From assembly GCF_001194135.2 (NCBI RefSeq), contig NC_068981.1, forward strand, positions 70,923,059-70,966,315: a stretch of 43,257 nucleotides of DNA. The letters run 5' to 3'. The notes beneath the pieces were generated by a model. It ran no database searches and was not told the DNA's origin. It saw only the letters and a program-made list of their open reading frames with translations. Positions 11,815 to 22,660 of the stretch are shown in pieces. How positions within the stretch are numbered: the first letter of the stretch is position 1; every line of letters starts with the position of its first letter. The DNA is from Octopus bimaculoides. Taxonomy: Eukaryota. The position numbers and the translations under genes are program-made.

Positions 11815-12180
11815 TAGTGGATGCATTCAAAAGGGGTTATATTTTGTCATAAAGAATGACTCTTTATCAATGCGCTGACTACAGGTTGTATCGGCTCTGA
11901 ATTGATAGAGGGTTGTTTGCTATTGGCACAAAAGTCGATGTGTTCGCTGAATGCTATTTTTCTGTTTGACGTAGACTGTTTTGGGTTTTGCCTCTGTGTT
12001 GCTCACGACACCCAGAGAAGGTTAATACATATACCCGGTTCTCCGAAGCACATGTGAAGTTGCTTTTCACTGTGAAACGTCGATCCTGTTTGAAAAAGAA
12101 CTTTGATCCCTCAAATAAGTTGACGTATATACAACTTATTTTCCTCATACGTATCAACTCGTGTTTTCCTTTTCAACATT
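11815..12180 (-). mobile_element. Penelope-like element, GIY-YIG endonuclease fragment
   Basis: ORF 11954-12157(-) ISCIYVNLFEGSKFFFKQDRRFTVKSNFTCASENRVYVLTFSGCREQHRGKTQNSLRQ matches the PLE pattern F.C.S.N.IY.I.C..C.E.YIG.T...LR.R; continues as IAFSEHIDFCA..P..RIDKESFFMTKY.P. Confidence 0.75.
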
Positions 12181-12183
12181 CTA

Positions 12184-12189
<6 letters not shown>

Positions 12190-12228
<39 letters not shown>

Positions 12229-12464
12229 NNNNNNNNNNNNNNNNNNNNNNNNNNNNNNNNNNNNNNNNNNNNNNNNNNNNNNNNNNNNNNNNNNNNNNNN
12301 NNNNNNNNNNNNNNNNNNNNNNNNNNNNNNNNNNNNNNNNNNNNNNNNNNNNNNNNNNNNNNNNNNNNNNNNNNNNNNNNNNNNNNNNNNNNNNNNNNNN
12401 NNNNNNNNNNNNNNNNNNNNNNNNNNNNNNNNNNNNNNNNNNNNNNNNNNNNNNNNNNNNNNNN

Positions 12465-12522
<58 letters not shown>
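12190..12522 (+). repeat. (CA)n / (TA)n flanking assembly gap 12229-12464
   Basis: Microsatellite on both sides of 236 N. Confidence 0.98.
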
Positions 12523-12523
<1 letters not shown>

Positions 12524-12529
12524 AGGGTG

Positions 12530-12800
12530 AGCACAAGTCTGTACGTACAACGCTATATGTATATATAACTATAAAAAATGGAACAAAAACGCAATAGAGA
12601 ACAATAAAACATTCGGACGATACAAAGATGATACAAAGGCGGACAGGAAAAAAAGGACGGGTCATTCGTAGTCTTCTTTCTTCAGTCACGTTACCAGATG
12701 TCCTTACAGTTTCGGGCAGTTACACTTGAGACTGTTCGATGTGGTTGCTCCCAAAAAAGTCTAAGCTAGGAGAATTAGATTTTTTTTGTGAGAAAGCTAG
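12530..12800 (-). mobile_element. Probable Penelope-type terminal repeat remnant
   Basis: Pyrimidine-rich minus-strand tail ending at (TA)n, with hammerhead-like pieces (CCCGAAACTGTA, CTGAAGA); assignment is inference. Confidence 0.35.
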
Positions 12801-13289
12801 CGAATGTGTACGGCAACAAAGACAGAAAAAACCGAGAACATGGTACACTATTACAACTACAAACAACAAGAATGTAACAGCAGGTGTCTTTCGACTGAGA
12901 ACGAATCAAATTGAGCTGCCGTCTTTGAAGTGAAAGCCTAAAGGCAGGAATATAGGAGATGGACATAAGAGGTGTTGGCGGTCGGCAGTCAGGCCAAGAA
13001 AGAAAGGTCATCGCTAGCCGGAAGCCGGACAATTTTCACGTAGAATGAGGAGAGGAGGTAGGTGGCAGCAAGATTGAAGGATTAGACAAAGGAGAAGGTA
13101 CAGGGGAGAAAAACGAGGAGGAAAAGTGGGAGTTAAAGAAAGAGAAAGCCAAGAAATGTGTGAGAGAGAGAGAGAGGAGTAGCTAGAAAAAGAAGAGAGG
13201 AAGAAAGTATGAGGTGGACTAAAAGACAGAGTAAAAGAATCGTACAAAATTTAGATATATACTTACTATTTATTCCCTTTGTCTCTTAT

Positions 13290-15720
13290 GCTTACGATGT
13301 GGGTAATATCTTAAGTGTGAACTCCACAAAGTCTCCATTGGTTGTCACATTTTAATGCTTTACCTGCATTTCTATCCATTATGTGCATCAGGTACTTGGT
13401 TGATATTTCCTGTTCCTGGATTGCAAACGCATACCCTTCGAAGTGGGACGTAGCAATCCGGTTATTGATCCATGATAAACTGCTTTGATGATCGATGTTA
13501 CTATCATCACGAAGCCTTCTACTAACATATCTAGGCATATTCTTCTGCTCATATAGGTTCATGCTTTCATCTGATGATACATGGTGGTAGAGTTCTGCGA
13601 CCTCTATGGGCATGTATTCTAGGTTATCAAAGAATGTTGCTCAAGGAGCTGCCTTCGAAGTCTTATGATGTTATCAGCTTCATGTATGCAAACTTGGTCA
13701 AGGGATGCACTTCAACACTTGGTGGGTAAAAGATGTTGCCGAAGGGATATGATGCGACACTGAAAGGCGTTTTGGATCGTTGTTAAGCCTCCGCCGCCTT
13801 GTTTTCGTTTTAGGTAAAGGCGGTCTACGTCACCTTTTTGTGGTAATTATGTGTGTTTGTCAGTATTGATCGGGTTTTCACATCAATGGCTCGCATCTCA
13901 TCAAGCGTCCAATCAAGCAACCCAAATGTTGGTATTAGTACTGCAAACACAATGTGGACCACTGTTTTATTGAATGCAGAGAGTTCTGAGGTCCTAAGTT
14001 TCTTTATTCGGCTGTAATATTCTTTAGTGACACGTGTTTTCTTACAGGTGCCATTGTAAGATATATTTTCATCCACCCCTAGATACTTGTAACATTCCTC
14101 GTCAGATATAGGGGAAACAATCAAATCATTGATATAGGGGAAACAGTCAAATCATTACTAGTCTGGTTTAGTTTTCTCTCTTTTCTCAACTATATACCAA
14201 CATTTATCCTGGCCAAACTCCAACCCTACATCCTTTGAGAATGTTGGAACAAGGTCAAGGCTCTTTTTCATCTCATGCATATTCTTTGCATAAAGTTTTA
14301 AATCATCCACAAAGAAACTGTGTAATTTTGGAAATTTTGTTTCCTTGTGAACCAGTGAGATATCCTTCAGACTTCCTTAACATGAATGGCAGAGGTTTAC
14401 AGAAAGTATAAACAACATAACGGAGAGGCTGCTCCCTTGGAATATGCCTTTGTGATACTGCATTCTATCGGTGATAATACAATTACTCTTTGTGTTTAAT
14501 TTCAAGGTGGTGGCCCACGATGAAGTCAGGTCAGTTATAGCTTTTACTATTCTCACTGGAACTTTAGCAAGTTGAAGGGCTTCTAACATCCATGAGTGGG
14601 GAACAGAGTCAAAGGTTTTCTTGTAGTCTAGCGACATTGAATCTAGGTTCCTCCTGAGCTCTCGCACCTTTGATATAACAGTTTTGGTGGCTAACAATTG
14701 CTCGGCGCATCCCCAGACTCCCTTCTTCCCAGCTGCTTGTTCTACTGTGATTATGTTATTGGTTTCACAATGATCCTAGAGGAAGAGGTTTAAACATGCT
14801 GTATATATCTAATACATTAAGTTCTGGCATGCAATTTGCCTTGTGGATGGTTTTGCATTTGGAGATCAACTTTGTCTCTGCCAGAGCTAACCAGTGTGGT
14901 ATGCTTCTGTTCCGAATGAGAGCTTGCTGGGATAGATTGATAAGATATGGTCGGTAGAATATTAGCCTCTTGTACCAATATCCAACAATCAAGTCTCTGG
15001 TATGTGCTTTTCCATCCTGGAGTTTCTGGATCACAGTTGCATGTGTTTCACCATGAATGTTCTATATATTGAATGTAACGCAGGAATAATAGCCTTCTCG
15101 GATTTCTTCCAGCCACAGAGCATCATGGTTAAATTCCTTCTCTTCACTCCAGATTTCCTTCCAGACGGAGTTTATGTCTTCTCAAGAGGGAGCTTCCGTG
15201 GTCTTTTTCTGCTCCTCCTCTCATCTCTCTGTATACTGCTGCCTGGTTGTGGTTAAATGTTTTGTTTATTGTTGTTCTCTCGGTTATTTTCCTCTGATGT
15301 CGGAGTTTTTCTCTGACAGCTTTTCAGTTTGTGAGTGTCCTCTTTTTCTGTCTCCAAACATCATTTCTATCTCCTTCTTTACTTTCTGCTGTTGAGACGT
15401 ATAGTGATTTGCTTGTCTGCATGCAATAAGCATCATTACTTGACTGATGGTCTTCTGTAAACCAGCTATCTTTTTCTCTGTCTTCAAAACCCACTTTCTT
15501 TATTGTTTCGGTTTTGTTTATTTTTTGAATATCATTCATGTACAGTTTTACAGTAGTAGCCAGAGCAAATAGACCGGCATTAATCTGCTAGTATGTAGGT
15601 TCATCACACTGTTCTAGATATTCATCACCAATTTCGTTAACAGCATTTAATACCGTATATGGTGTTTTTTTCCTTATTTTGGTAGAGAATACTCTCTCCT
15701 CGGGAGAGTACTTCAAAGCC
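13290..15720 (-). mobile_element. R4/Dong-clade (REL-type) non-LTR retrotransposon, decayed, 5'- and 3'-truncated (lineage 2)
   Basis: RT motifs LDYKKTFDSVPHSW and KGIFQGSSLSVMLFILSVN; YKYLGVDE..KEYYSRIKKL.TSELSAFNK; IPTFGLLDWT; SHFEGYAFAIQEQEISTKYL..CDNQWRLCG..DITHI (CCHC knuckle remnant). Confidence 0.92.
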
Positions 15721-15721
15721 A

Positions 15722-15815
15722 GTATGTATGTATGTATGTATGTATGTATGTACGTACGTACGTATGTTTGTATGTATGTACGTATGTATGTACGTATGTA
15801 TGTATGTATGTATGT
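15722..15815 (+). repeat. (TATG)n / (TACG) tetranucleotide repeat
   Basis: Visible run. Confidence 0.98.
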
Positions 15816-16705
15816 GTGCAGATTTGTATGTAGAGACATGCTCATGTACACACATACAATATTATCCCGTTTGTCGCTCCCCTGTTTGATGGTTATTTGT
15901 TATAGCGCTTTACTTTCATTATAATGATTGCATGCAAATATGATGATCTTGGATGTAAACAAACAACACAACAGTGCTGCAAAGTGATTAAATGAGCTGC
16001 GAAGGGAAAGCTGTGCAAACGTCTCTCCAAAAACTTATGATATTAACAATGAAATTCTCCTGGACGCTTAATGTTACAGAAGATTCACATTCTGCAGGGC
16101 AGCACTTGATAAATTCTTCAAATGAACAGTGATGCTGAAAATGATGCACCAGACTAGCTGGCAGTTCTAAGTACAACACCATTGGCTAAAACTTAGGAAA
16201 ATGATAGATCCAAAAACTGCAGGATAATAGTATGGTTGAATATAATATATAATACATATATATGTGCCTTCCTCCAGAACCGTTATGAAAAAGAAAATGG
16301 GGTGACTAAAGAACTCTGTTTCCATCCCTCTGTTTGGCATAACCAAATCTGAATTACCTCACATTATCTCGAACGTTTATAAAATTCTTATGAAATCAAC
16401 ATGAAATTCTCACTGGTGAGAATAATGTTTCTAATATGGTAAGTGAAATTCGAAGGTTTCATTTGGTACGATTGCGGAACGTCTGTCATGTGTACAGGGG
16501 ATGTGGGTTCAATTCACACAGACGACCTTTGACATTTTCTATCCAAAAGAGATTTTCAGCCCAATATTTACATGTTAATATTTATAGCTTTACATTTGTT
16601 ATTTGAGATATTCTGAGTGAGAAGTACTTCACGTTCTCTCGGAAGTCCCTAAAATTCTAATGACGTCGACAATATAATGCATTTTCATTTATGTTAATAG
16701 TAAGT

Positions 16706-16743
16706 TTATATATACACACACACATACACACATATATATAAAT

Positions 16744-16817
<74 letters not shown>
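16706..16817 (+). repeat. (TA)n / (CA)n microsatellite
   Basis: Visible run. Confidence 0.98.
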
Positions 16818-16820
<3 letters not shown>

Positions 16821-16920
16821 GTAACAAACTGAGTAAAAGAAATCCTTCAAAGGGGTGTGTTAAACATCCAATTCACTGATACTTCAGTTGGATACCATAC
16901 AAATATTGGTATAATTCAAT

Positions 16921-17160
16921 TATAAGGATAAATTATAGAGATATTCAATTGACAATCCAATGATTTACTTATATTACAATATTACATTAAATACTATAAA
17001 TATAATATATAACCTAACAATATGATAACATAATATTATATAATTATAATTATTTATATGTGATGTTATATATTTTATTCATAGTATTTAATGTAATATC
17101 GTAATATAAATGAATTATTTGATTGTCTATAGAATATCTCTATATTTAATTTATCATTGC
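16921..17160. repeat. Imperfect inverted repeat (foldback), arms ~95 bp, spacer ~50 bp
   Basis: Reverse complement of 16921-17013 aligns with 17065-17160 at roughly 80% by eye, including the G/C-containing blocks GATTGTC and GAATATCTCTATA. Confidence 0.85.
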
Positions 17161-17167
17161 ATATATA

Positions 17168-17374
17168 AAAGTGAGCTGGTAGAATCGTTACCACGTCGAG
17201 AAAGTGCTTTTCGGCATTTATTCCGGTTTTACATTCTGAATTCAAATTCAGCAGAGGTCGACGTTGCCTTTCGTCATTTCTGGAGTAAGAAAATAAGTAC
17301 CACTTGTGCATTGGAGTCGATGAAATCGAATGGCACATTCTTCCATAATCTGAAGCATGGTGCCTATAGTAGAA
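17168..17374 (+). mobile_element. SINE family B
   Basis: GAGCTGGTAGAATCGTTA...GAGGTCGACGTTGCCTTTC...GGAGTCGATG...TGCCTATAGTAGAA. Confidence 0.88.
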
Positions 17375-17383
17375 TATAGATAG

Positions 17384-17418
<35 letters not shown>

Positions 17419-17749
17419 TGTGTGTGTGTATGTGTGTATCCATGCCTGTGCGTGTATAGACAATAGGTTACGATTTGAATGTTTTGTAACTGCTGTTTCC
17501 AGCAGGTCGAACGAATAAGGCGCAAATGTTCCTTTCTAGTGTGAATGACACATTTAGGTGAAAGAAGCATAAAATTACTGACTGCCTTTCTTTCCGTCCT
17601 TTTATGTTCACAGTTCAAATCCCACCATCTTCAGTTTGACCTCTCAACTTATGTCTTAATTTTTTTTTCCTAGGCTAGAAATAGTTTTCATCTCTGTACA
17701 CTTTTTACAATAAATTATGGAATTAATTTTATTGATCAATATCACCACT

Positions 17750-17830
17750 TACACCACCACCACCATCACCACCACCTACCGCACTACCAACACTATCACC
17801 ATCACCATCACGAACCACACTACCACCACT
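17750..17830 (+). repeat. (CAC/CAT)n repeat
   Basis: Visible run. Confidence 0.85.
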
Positions 17831-18009
17831 TCAATATTAATTGTTGTGATGAAGTACATATTGTTCCGCACGTAAAATTTAATGTCAAGTTCACGTTAGT
17901 GTTCGTGTAATGTAAGGGAAGTAACTTATAGTAGCTTTATCTACTGCTGTGATGATCTCCCTTACATCATAGAATAAACTGTAAGCTATAAAGACGAATG
18001 CAGTAAGAA

Positions 18010-18200
18010 CCACGCAGTACAAGTAATTTGTTGTACGAGCCTCGGCTCATACAAATTTTTGTCTTGAAGTACGAGCTGGTCGCGAGTTTCATACAAGCGA
18101 CCGCTAGTCGGCGATGAGCTCTCACACGCTCACCCCAACAGCCGCAGTGTCCGCTCGCTCAGTTCACGTGTTTATTTCGTTGTGGCAGCATCCCTGGGGG
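18010..18200. mobile_element. Possible Tigger/pogo-type subterminal fragment
   Basis: Repeated GTACGAG / CTCATACAA motifs in a GC-richer patch, resembling Tigger subterminal repeats; no TIR pair found. Confidence 0.3.
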
Positions 18201-18764
18201 GTTTTTTCTCAATGTTTTTGTTCAGTTTTATATATTTCTTAATTCATTTCCAATACAGACTCGTATTTTATTTACCTTATCGAATCTGAAGGATGAAAGA
18301 CTATGCCATTTTGGTGGTATTTGAATTCCGAATTTATGAGATGAGCTAAATACTTCGAAGAGTTTTACCTATTTCGCTGACCACTAACATAAGTGAGAAA
18401 TCACACACATTTTTGAATACGCTTTGAGGTGGGTGTCTTTTGAGTTTGTTTTTTTTAACTAAGAAAGTAAAGAGGAAAGCAATTTTTACAAACACTAATA
18501 ATTTTGTTATCCAGCGTAAAAAAATGGAACCTCTAAAAAATTTTCGACCAGTTAGAAACAGCAAGCAAATAAATTTCTGCCGCAGTTTCAATGTTAAATA
18601 ATGCGGATACACTAGGTATTCACTTTTGAGATTCTATTTTATTATAATAACAAATCCAATCGTTTTCTTTTATTTTCACAGTAATTTTTTTGTAATTTCA
18701 AAGCCTTTCTGGTACGCAGTTTTAATTTTATTATTATTTGCTGCATAATGTAACTGCGCTTGCG

Positions 18765-19556
18765 TAGTGGAAAGAGGAAAGAGGAAGACCGCGCTACGAA
18801 ACTTTTGATTAAACTTAAACATTCCCTCCAGCCGAACATGACTTGGTTTGTTTTCAGACGAGAAAATTTTCTACCAGGATCAGATGGTGAATACACAGAA
18901 CAACCGTTGGCTTGTGTGTCCCCAAAGCATGTACCGAGAGTGACAAAAATCAAACATCCAGTCAACGTCATGGTGTTTTGAGTGATCACTAGTGATGGCA
19001 AGGTTTTGCCTCCATTCATCTTCCCACACGGCCTCGGACTCAGTATGAAGGCTAACAGCAAGTACCCGGAGGAGGTAGTGCTGCCCTGGGTCAAGAGGGA
19101 GGCTGCTGGAAGACCCCATCTCTTGCAACAGGACTCTGTACCAAGCCACACAAAGAGGAGAACCCAGTCATGGCTGTCAGACAATTTCTACGACCACATC
19201 ACCCCTAACATATGGCCACTTGACTTCGTAGACTCCAACCCTCTTCGTTATCATGTGTGAGGCGCAGTTCAGCAAGTGACCAACAAAATTCCTTGTAACA
19301 CCAAAGGTGAACTGAAGGCAAGGATTATGGTAGTATTCACCAACTTAAACAAGGAGACCGTCCAGAAGAGATGCGGGAGATTCCGAAGTCATCTGGAGGC
19401 CGTGGTTGAAGCCAATGGCGATTTTATTTAATGTATTTATTCTTTAGTATTTCAAGATTTCTTTACGTAATTTTGGTAAATGTAGCTGCTAAAATGAGAT
19501 ATCAGTGTTATTTTCACTTTTGCATAATTTAGATAATTTATTCACCGCACACCGTA
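18765..19556 (+). mobile_element. Tc1/mariner superfamily, maT (DD37D) transposon, 5'-truncated and decayed
   Basis: FSDEK(I)FYQDQMVNTQNNRW..KHPVNVMVF.VITSDG.V.PPFIFPHGL..QQDS..HT..TQSWLSDNF..WP...D.NPL(D>R)Y; 37 residues between the second D and the third catalytic position; right end CACCGCACACCG-TA. Confidence 0.9.
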
Positions 19557-19569
19557 CATATATATATAC

Positions 19570-19610
<41 letters not shown>

Positions 19611-19677
19611 CTAATTCATGTTAGTGTATGTGCTAATATTATGTATATATAAATATATATGTATATATATATATATA
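19556..19677 (+). repeat. (TA)n-rich tract
   Basis: Visible run. Confidence 0.9.
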
Positions 19678-19834
19678 AGGGAATTTTATGACCAGCTTCT
19701 CTAGTAATTTATTGGGGGTTTTGTTGGAGTTATTTTTGTTCTCTGTTCTTATTTGAAGTTAGATTTCTTAGAACAAAATTTTCAGGTCGATTTTTAAACA
19801 CCAATTTCTCAGCTTATGTCAACGATTGGAGAGC

Positions 19835-19957
19835 AGCATTGCCATACATTGTTCCTTTTTGGCCACCCCATTATCATCCCAGTTTTCTTCAAGGCCCTCC
19901 TCCTGGATCTTACATCTGCCCCCGTAGGTGCGGTACCACCATGTTTGGGAACAACTG
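19835..19957 (+). mobile_element. hAT-Charlie-type MITE, partial; same family as 42474-42741
   Basis: Right TIR GTTTGGGAACAACTG followed by ATCTAAAG; CACCCCATTAT..TTTTCTTCAA.GCCC..CCTGGA.CTT aligns with 42644-42741; left boundary uncertain. Confidence 0.7.
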
Positions 19958-20129
19958 ATCTAAAGGAAATTAAACTGCCAAGTTTTGGTGCTAAATTTGG
20001 GTGTCGGATTATGTCAACAACCAAATATGGTTAAGGTGGGATATGAACTCATAACGCAAAGAGCCGAAGCAAATACAGCAAGGCATCCGGTTCCAATTTC
20101 ATGCCTTTAAACCAGTCTAACCTTTTATA

Positions 20130-20256
20130 ATGGTACATTTCATCGACTCCTAAAGAAAGAAAAGAAAGGTTGCCCTCATCAGGATTTGAACTCAAAGCGC
20201 AGGAATTCGGAACAAAAGCTACAGTGCATTTTATCCAATGCTCTAACAACTCTCCC
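20130..20256 (-). mobile_element. Degenerate family-B-like SINE
   Basis: GGTAC.TTTCATCGACTCC..GGATTTGAACTC..ATGCTCTAAC in reverse order of family B. Confidence 0.5.
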
Positions 20257-20280
20257 TATTTATGGGTAAATTTAATAATG

Positions 20281-20482
20281 GTTTCAAATTGCAGCAATTT
20301 TGGGGGAGAGCTTTAGTCGATTACATCGACCCCAGTGTTCAAATGGTATATTATTTTATCGACTCCTAAAAGATGAAAGACAAAGTCGACCTCGGCGGAA
20401 TTTGAACTTAGAACGTAGCAACGGGCGAAATACCGTTAAGTATTTTGTCCAACACGCTAACAATTCTGCCAGCTCGCCACTT
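20281..20482 (-). mobile_element. SINE family B, near full length
   Basis: Perfect 18-bp TSD TGGGTAAATTTAATAATG at 20263-20280 and 20484-20501. Confidence 0.93.
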
Positions 20483-21678
20483 TTGGGTAAATTTAATAAT
20501 GAAACTTCAGTTGGTAACCAAAAAATAAATCCTGCATTCATTTCGTGTTCTGTCTGATTTCGTCAAACATTTTAATGATTATTTTTCACTTTATATCTTT
20601 TCATTATTCCCTCTTAGTTTCATTTTGTTACGTTTTCGTTCGTTTCTCTATTTCATTTAAAACTTTTTCTGGGGCAAAATTAATTGGGATAGAAACATTT
20701 CGAGGAAGAACTAAGACTTATTCCGAAAGGCTTTCCGGATTAATTCTTAATTTACATGTTTCCTGCGTCTTTTTTTTAATTTTTTTTTTTTTTAATTTAT
20801 TAATTTTAAAAAAATTAAATAACGAGCTAAAAATTTCATGGCTGATAACAAAATTGTGGTTTTCTAAAAAAAAATTTCATTATCATGGATAGGGATTGTC
20901 GAAAAGTTCCGGACTAAACTTTTAAAATTTGCTAATTTTTAGAATTAACAGATATCAAATTCAAGCACATAATGTCAAGCTAATGTAAAATTCAAGCTGA
21001 TGCCAGATAATTATTATACATTTGTTTATCACTGATGATCAGTACTGAAGCCTAGGGTCTTTGATCGATTTCCTTTGTAGCTTTCTTGTTGTCTTGCTGC
21101 CTTCATTATATAGAAATATTTTATGTGTAATTTTTATGTACAAATTTTAGAGGGATGCCTTTATTGTGATATGATGTAATTATGTTTCTGAAAGGAAGAA
21201 AAACTGGTCATTAGAAAGGAACTACAATAGAACTTTGACAGTGTTATTCCTTTCTATCGAAAATTCAGTGGCCTTACCATTGTGTTTCATATTTTGAAAA
21301 ACGCCTAGAATACGAGAGCATTCTACAACGACGATTTATGAATAAACATAGTGATTTTGTTGAAAAGCAAGCACTTTCTGAAGAGCGCAAAAGAAAGATT
21401 CTAGAACTGAAGAAGAAAACTGGTTTATTGTATCGGAGGAAATTATTAGTTAAGACAATAACTTGACTGATGAAGAATATATGAAACATACATTCTTAAA
21501 TATTACTGAGCATTTATTTTCCGACTTTAGCATAAAATATTATGTAATTGATATGTTGCAGTATGTTCCTCTCTCAGCAAGAACTATGAAAGAAAGAAAT
21601 ATGGCTGCAAATATTAGCGAACAGGAAATCAAAGATATTAATTCTATTACAGCATATAGAAATGTTTGTGATGAGTCA

Positions 21679-21941
21679 TACCCTTAACGCAGTTCTCGGG
21701 GATAGTCAGCGTGACACAGTGTAACAAGGCTGACCCTTTGAATTACAGGCACAACAGAAACAGGAAGTAAGAGTGAGAGAAAGTTGTGGTGAAAGAGTAC
21801 AGCAGGGTTCGCCACCATACCCTGCCGGAGCCTTAGATGTTTTTCCTCAATAAACATTCACAAGGCCCGGTCTGGGAATCGAAACCGTGATCCTATGACC
21901 GCGAGTCCGCTGCCCTAACCACTGGGCCATTGCGCCTCCAC
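21679..21941 (-). mobile_element. SINE family A lacking its 3' ~120 bp
   Basis: Matches 5950-6224; tail and TSD absent. Confidence 0.92.
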
Positions 21942-22269
21942 TGTTGTACATATATACTACATTTAAATGTTATTCAGGAAGAATCTATTGAACTGGTATT
22001 ACTTAAAACAGAAATAGGCGATGATGTTTGTTCGGGTGTTTTGAGATAAGTACCAAAAACTTGGTTTCAGTAGCAAAAGACAGACATGGATAAATATAAT
22101 AGTTTGACGCTACTGATATATTCAGTTGATCAAGAATCACTTTCTTTTCACTGTTATTCACCCAGAAGCGCTATGCGTTCATATTTTATCGCGGGTTTGC
22201 ATACAGTTTATTAATCAATTGGTCAAACTAGCAAACATGATAATGGAAACAGGTCTAAGAAACTGACAT

Positions 22270-22471
22270 TTACTCTTTTACTCTTTTACATGTTTCAGTC
22301 ATTTGACTGCGGCCGTGCTGGAGCACCGCCTTTAGTCGAGCAAATCGACCCCACGACTTATTCTTTGGAAGCCTAGCACTTTTTCTATCGTTCTTTTGCC
22401 GAACCGCTAAGTTACGGGGACGTAAACACACCACCATCGGTTGTCAAGCGATGTTGGGGGGACAAACACAG

Positions 22472-22520
<49 letters not shown>

Positions 22521-22660
22521 CGATGGGCTTCTTTCAGTTTCCGTCCACCAAATCCACTCACAAGGCTTTGGTCAGCCCGAGGCTATAGTAGAAGAAACTT
22601 GCCCAAGGTGCCACGCAGTGGGAATGAACCCGGAACCATGTGGTTGGTAAGCTAGCTACT
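22270..22660 (-). mobile_element. SINE family E (CORE-like head region, internal (TA)n(TG)n microsatellite, AAAGAGTA-repeat tail; OR2-like)
   Basis: Minus strand has B-box-like GGTTCCGGGTTCATTCCC, CORE-like GCACCTTGGGCAAG, internal microsatellite, and tail GAAACATGTAAAAGAGTAAAAGAGTAA. Confidence 0.9.

Noticed and set aside
9171-12689. Long ORF-track entries (poly-L, poly-F, poly-D/V, HT/VC/YI repeats, X-rich)
   Set aside because: Translations of microsatellites and N gaps; the same applies to similar ORFs at 15588-15924, 17075-17463, 25528-26103, 30192-30525 and 42090-42296.
18346-18612. 88-aa minus-strand ORF
   Set aside because: No recognisable domain or splice context; may be an unidentified repeat.
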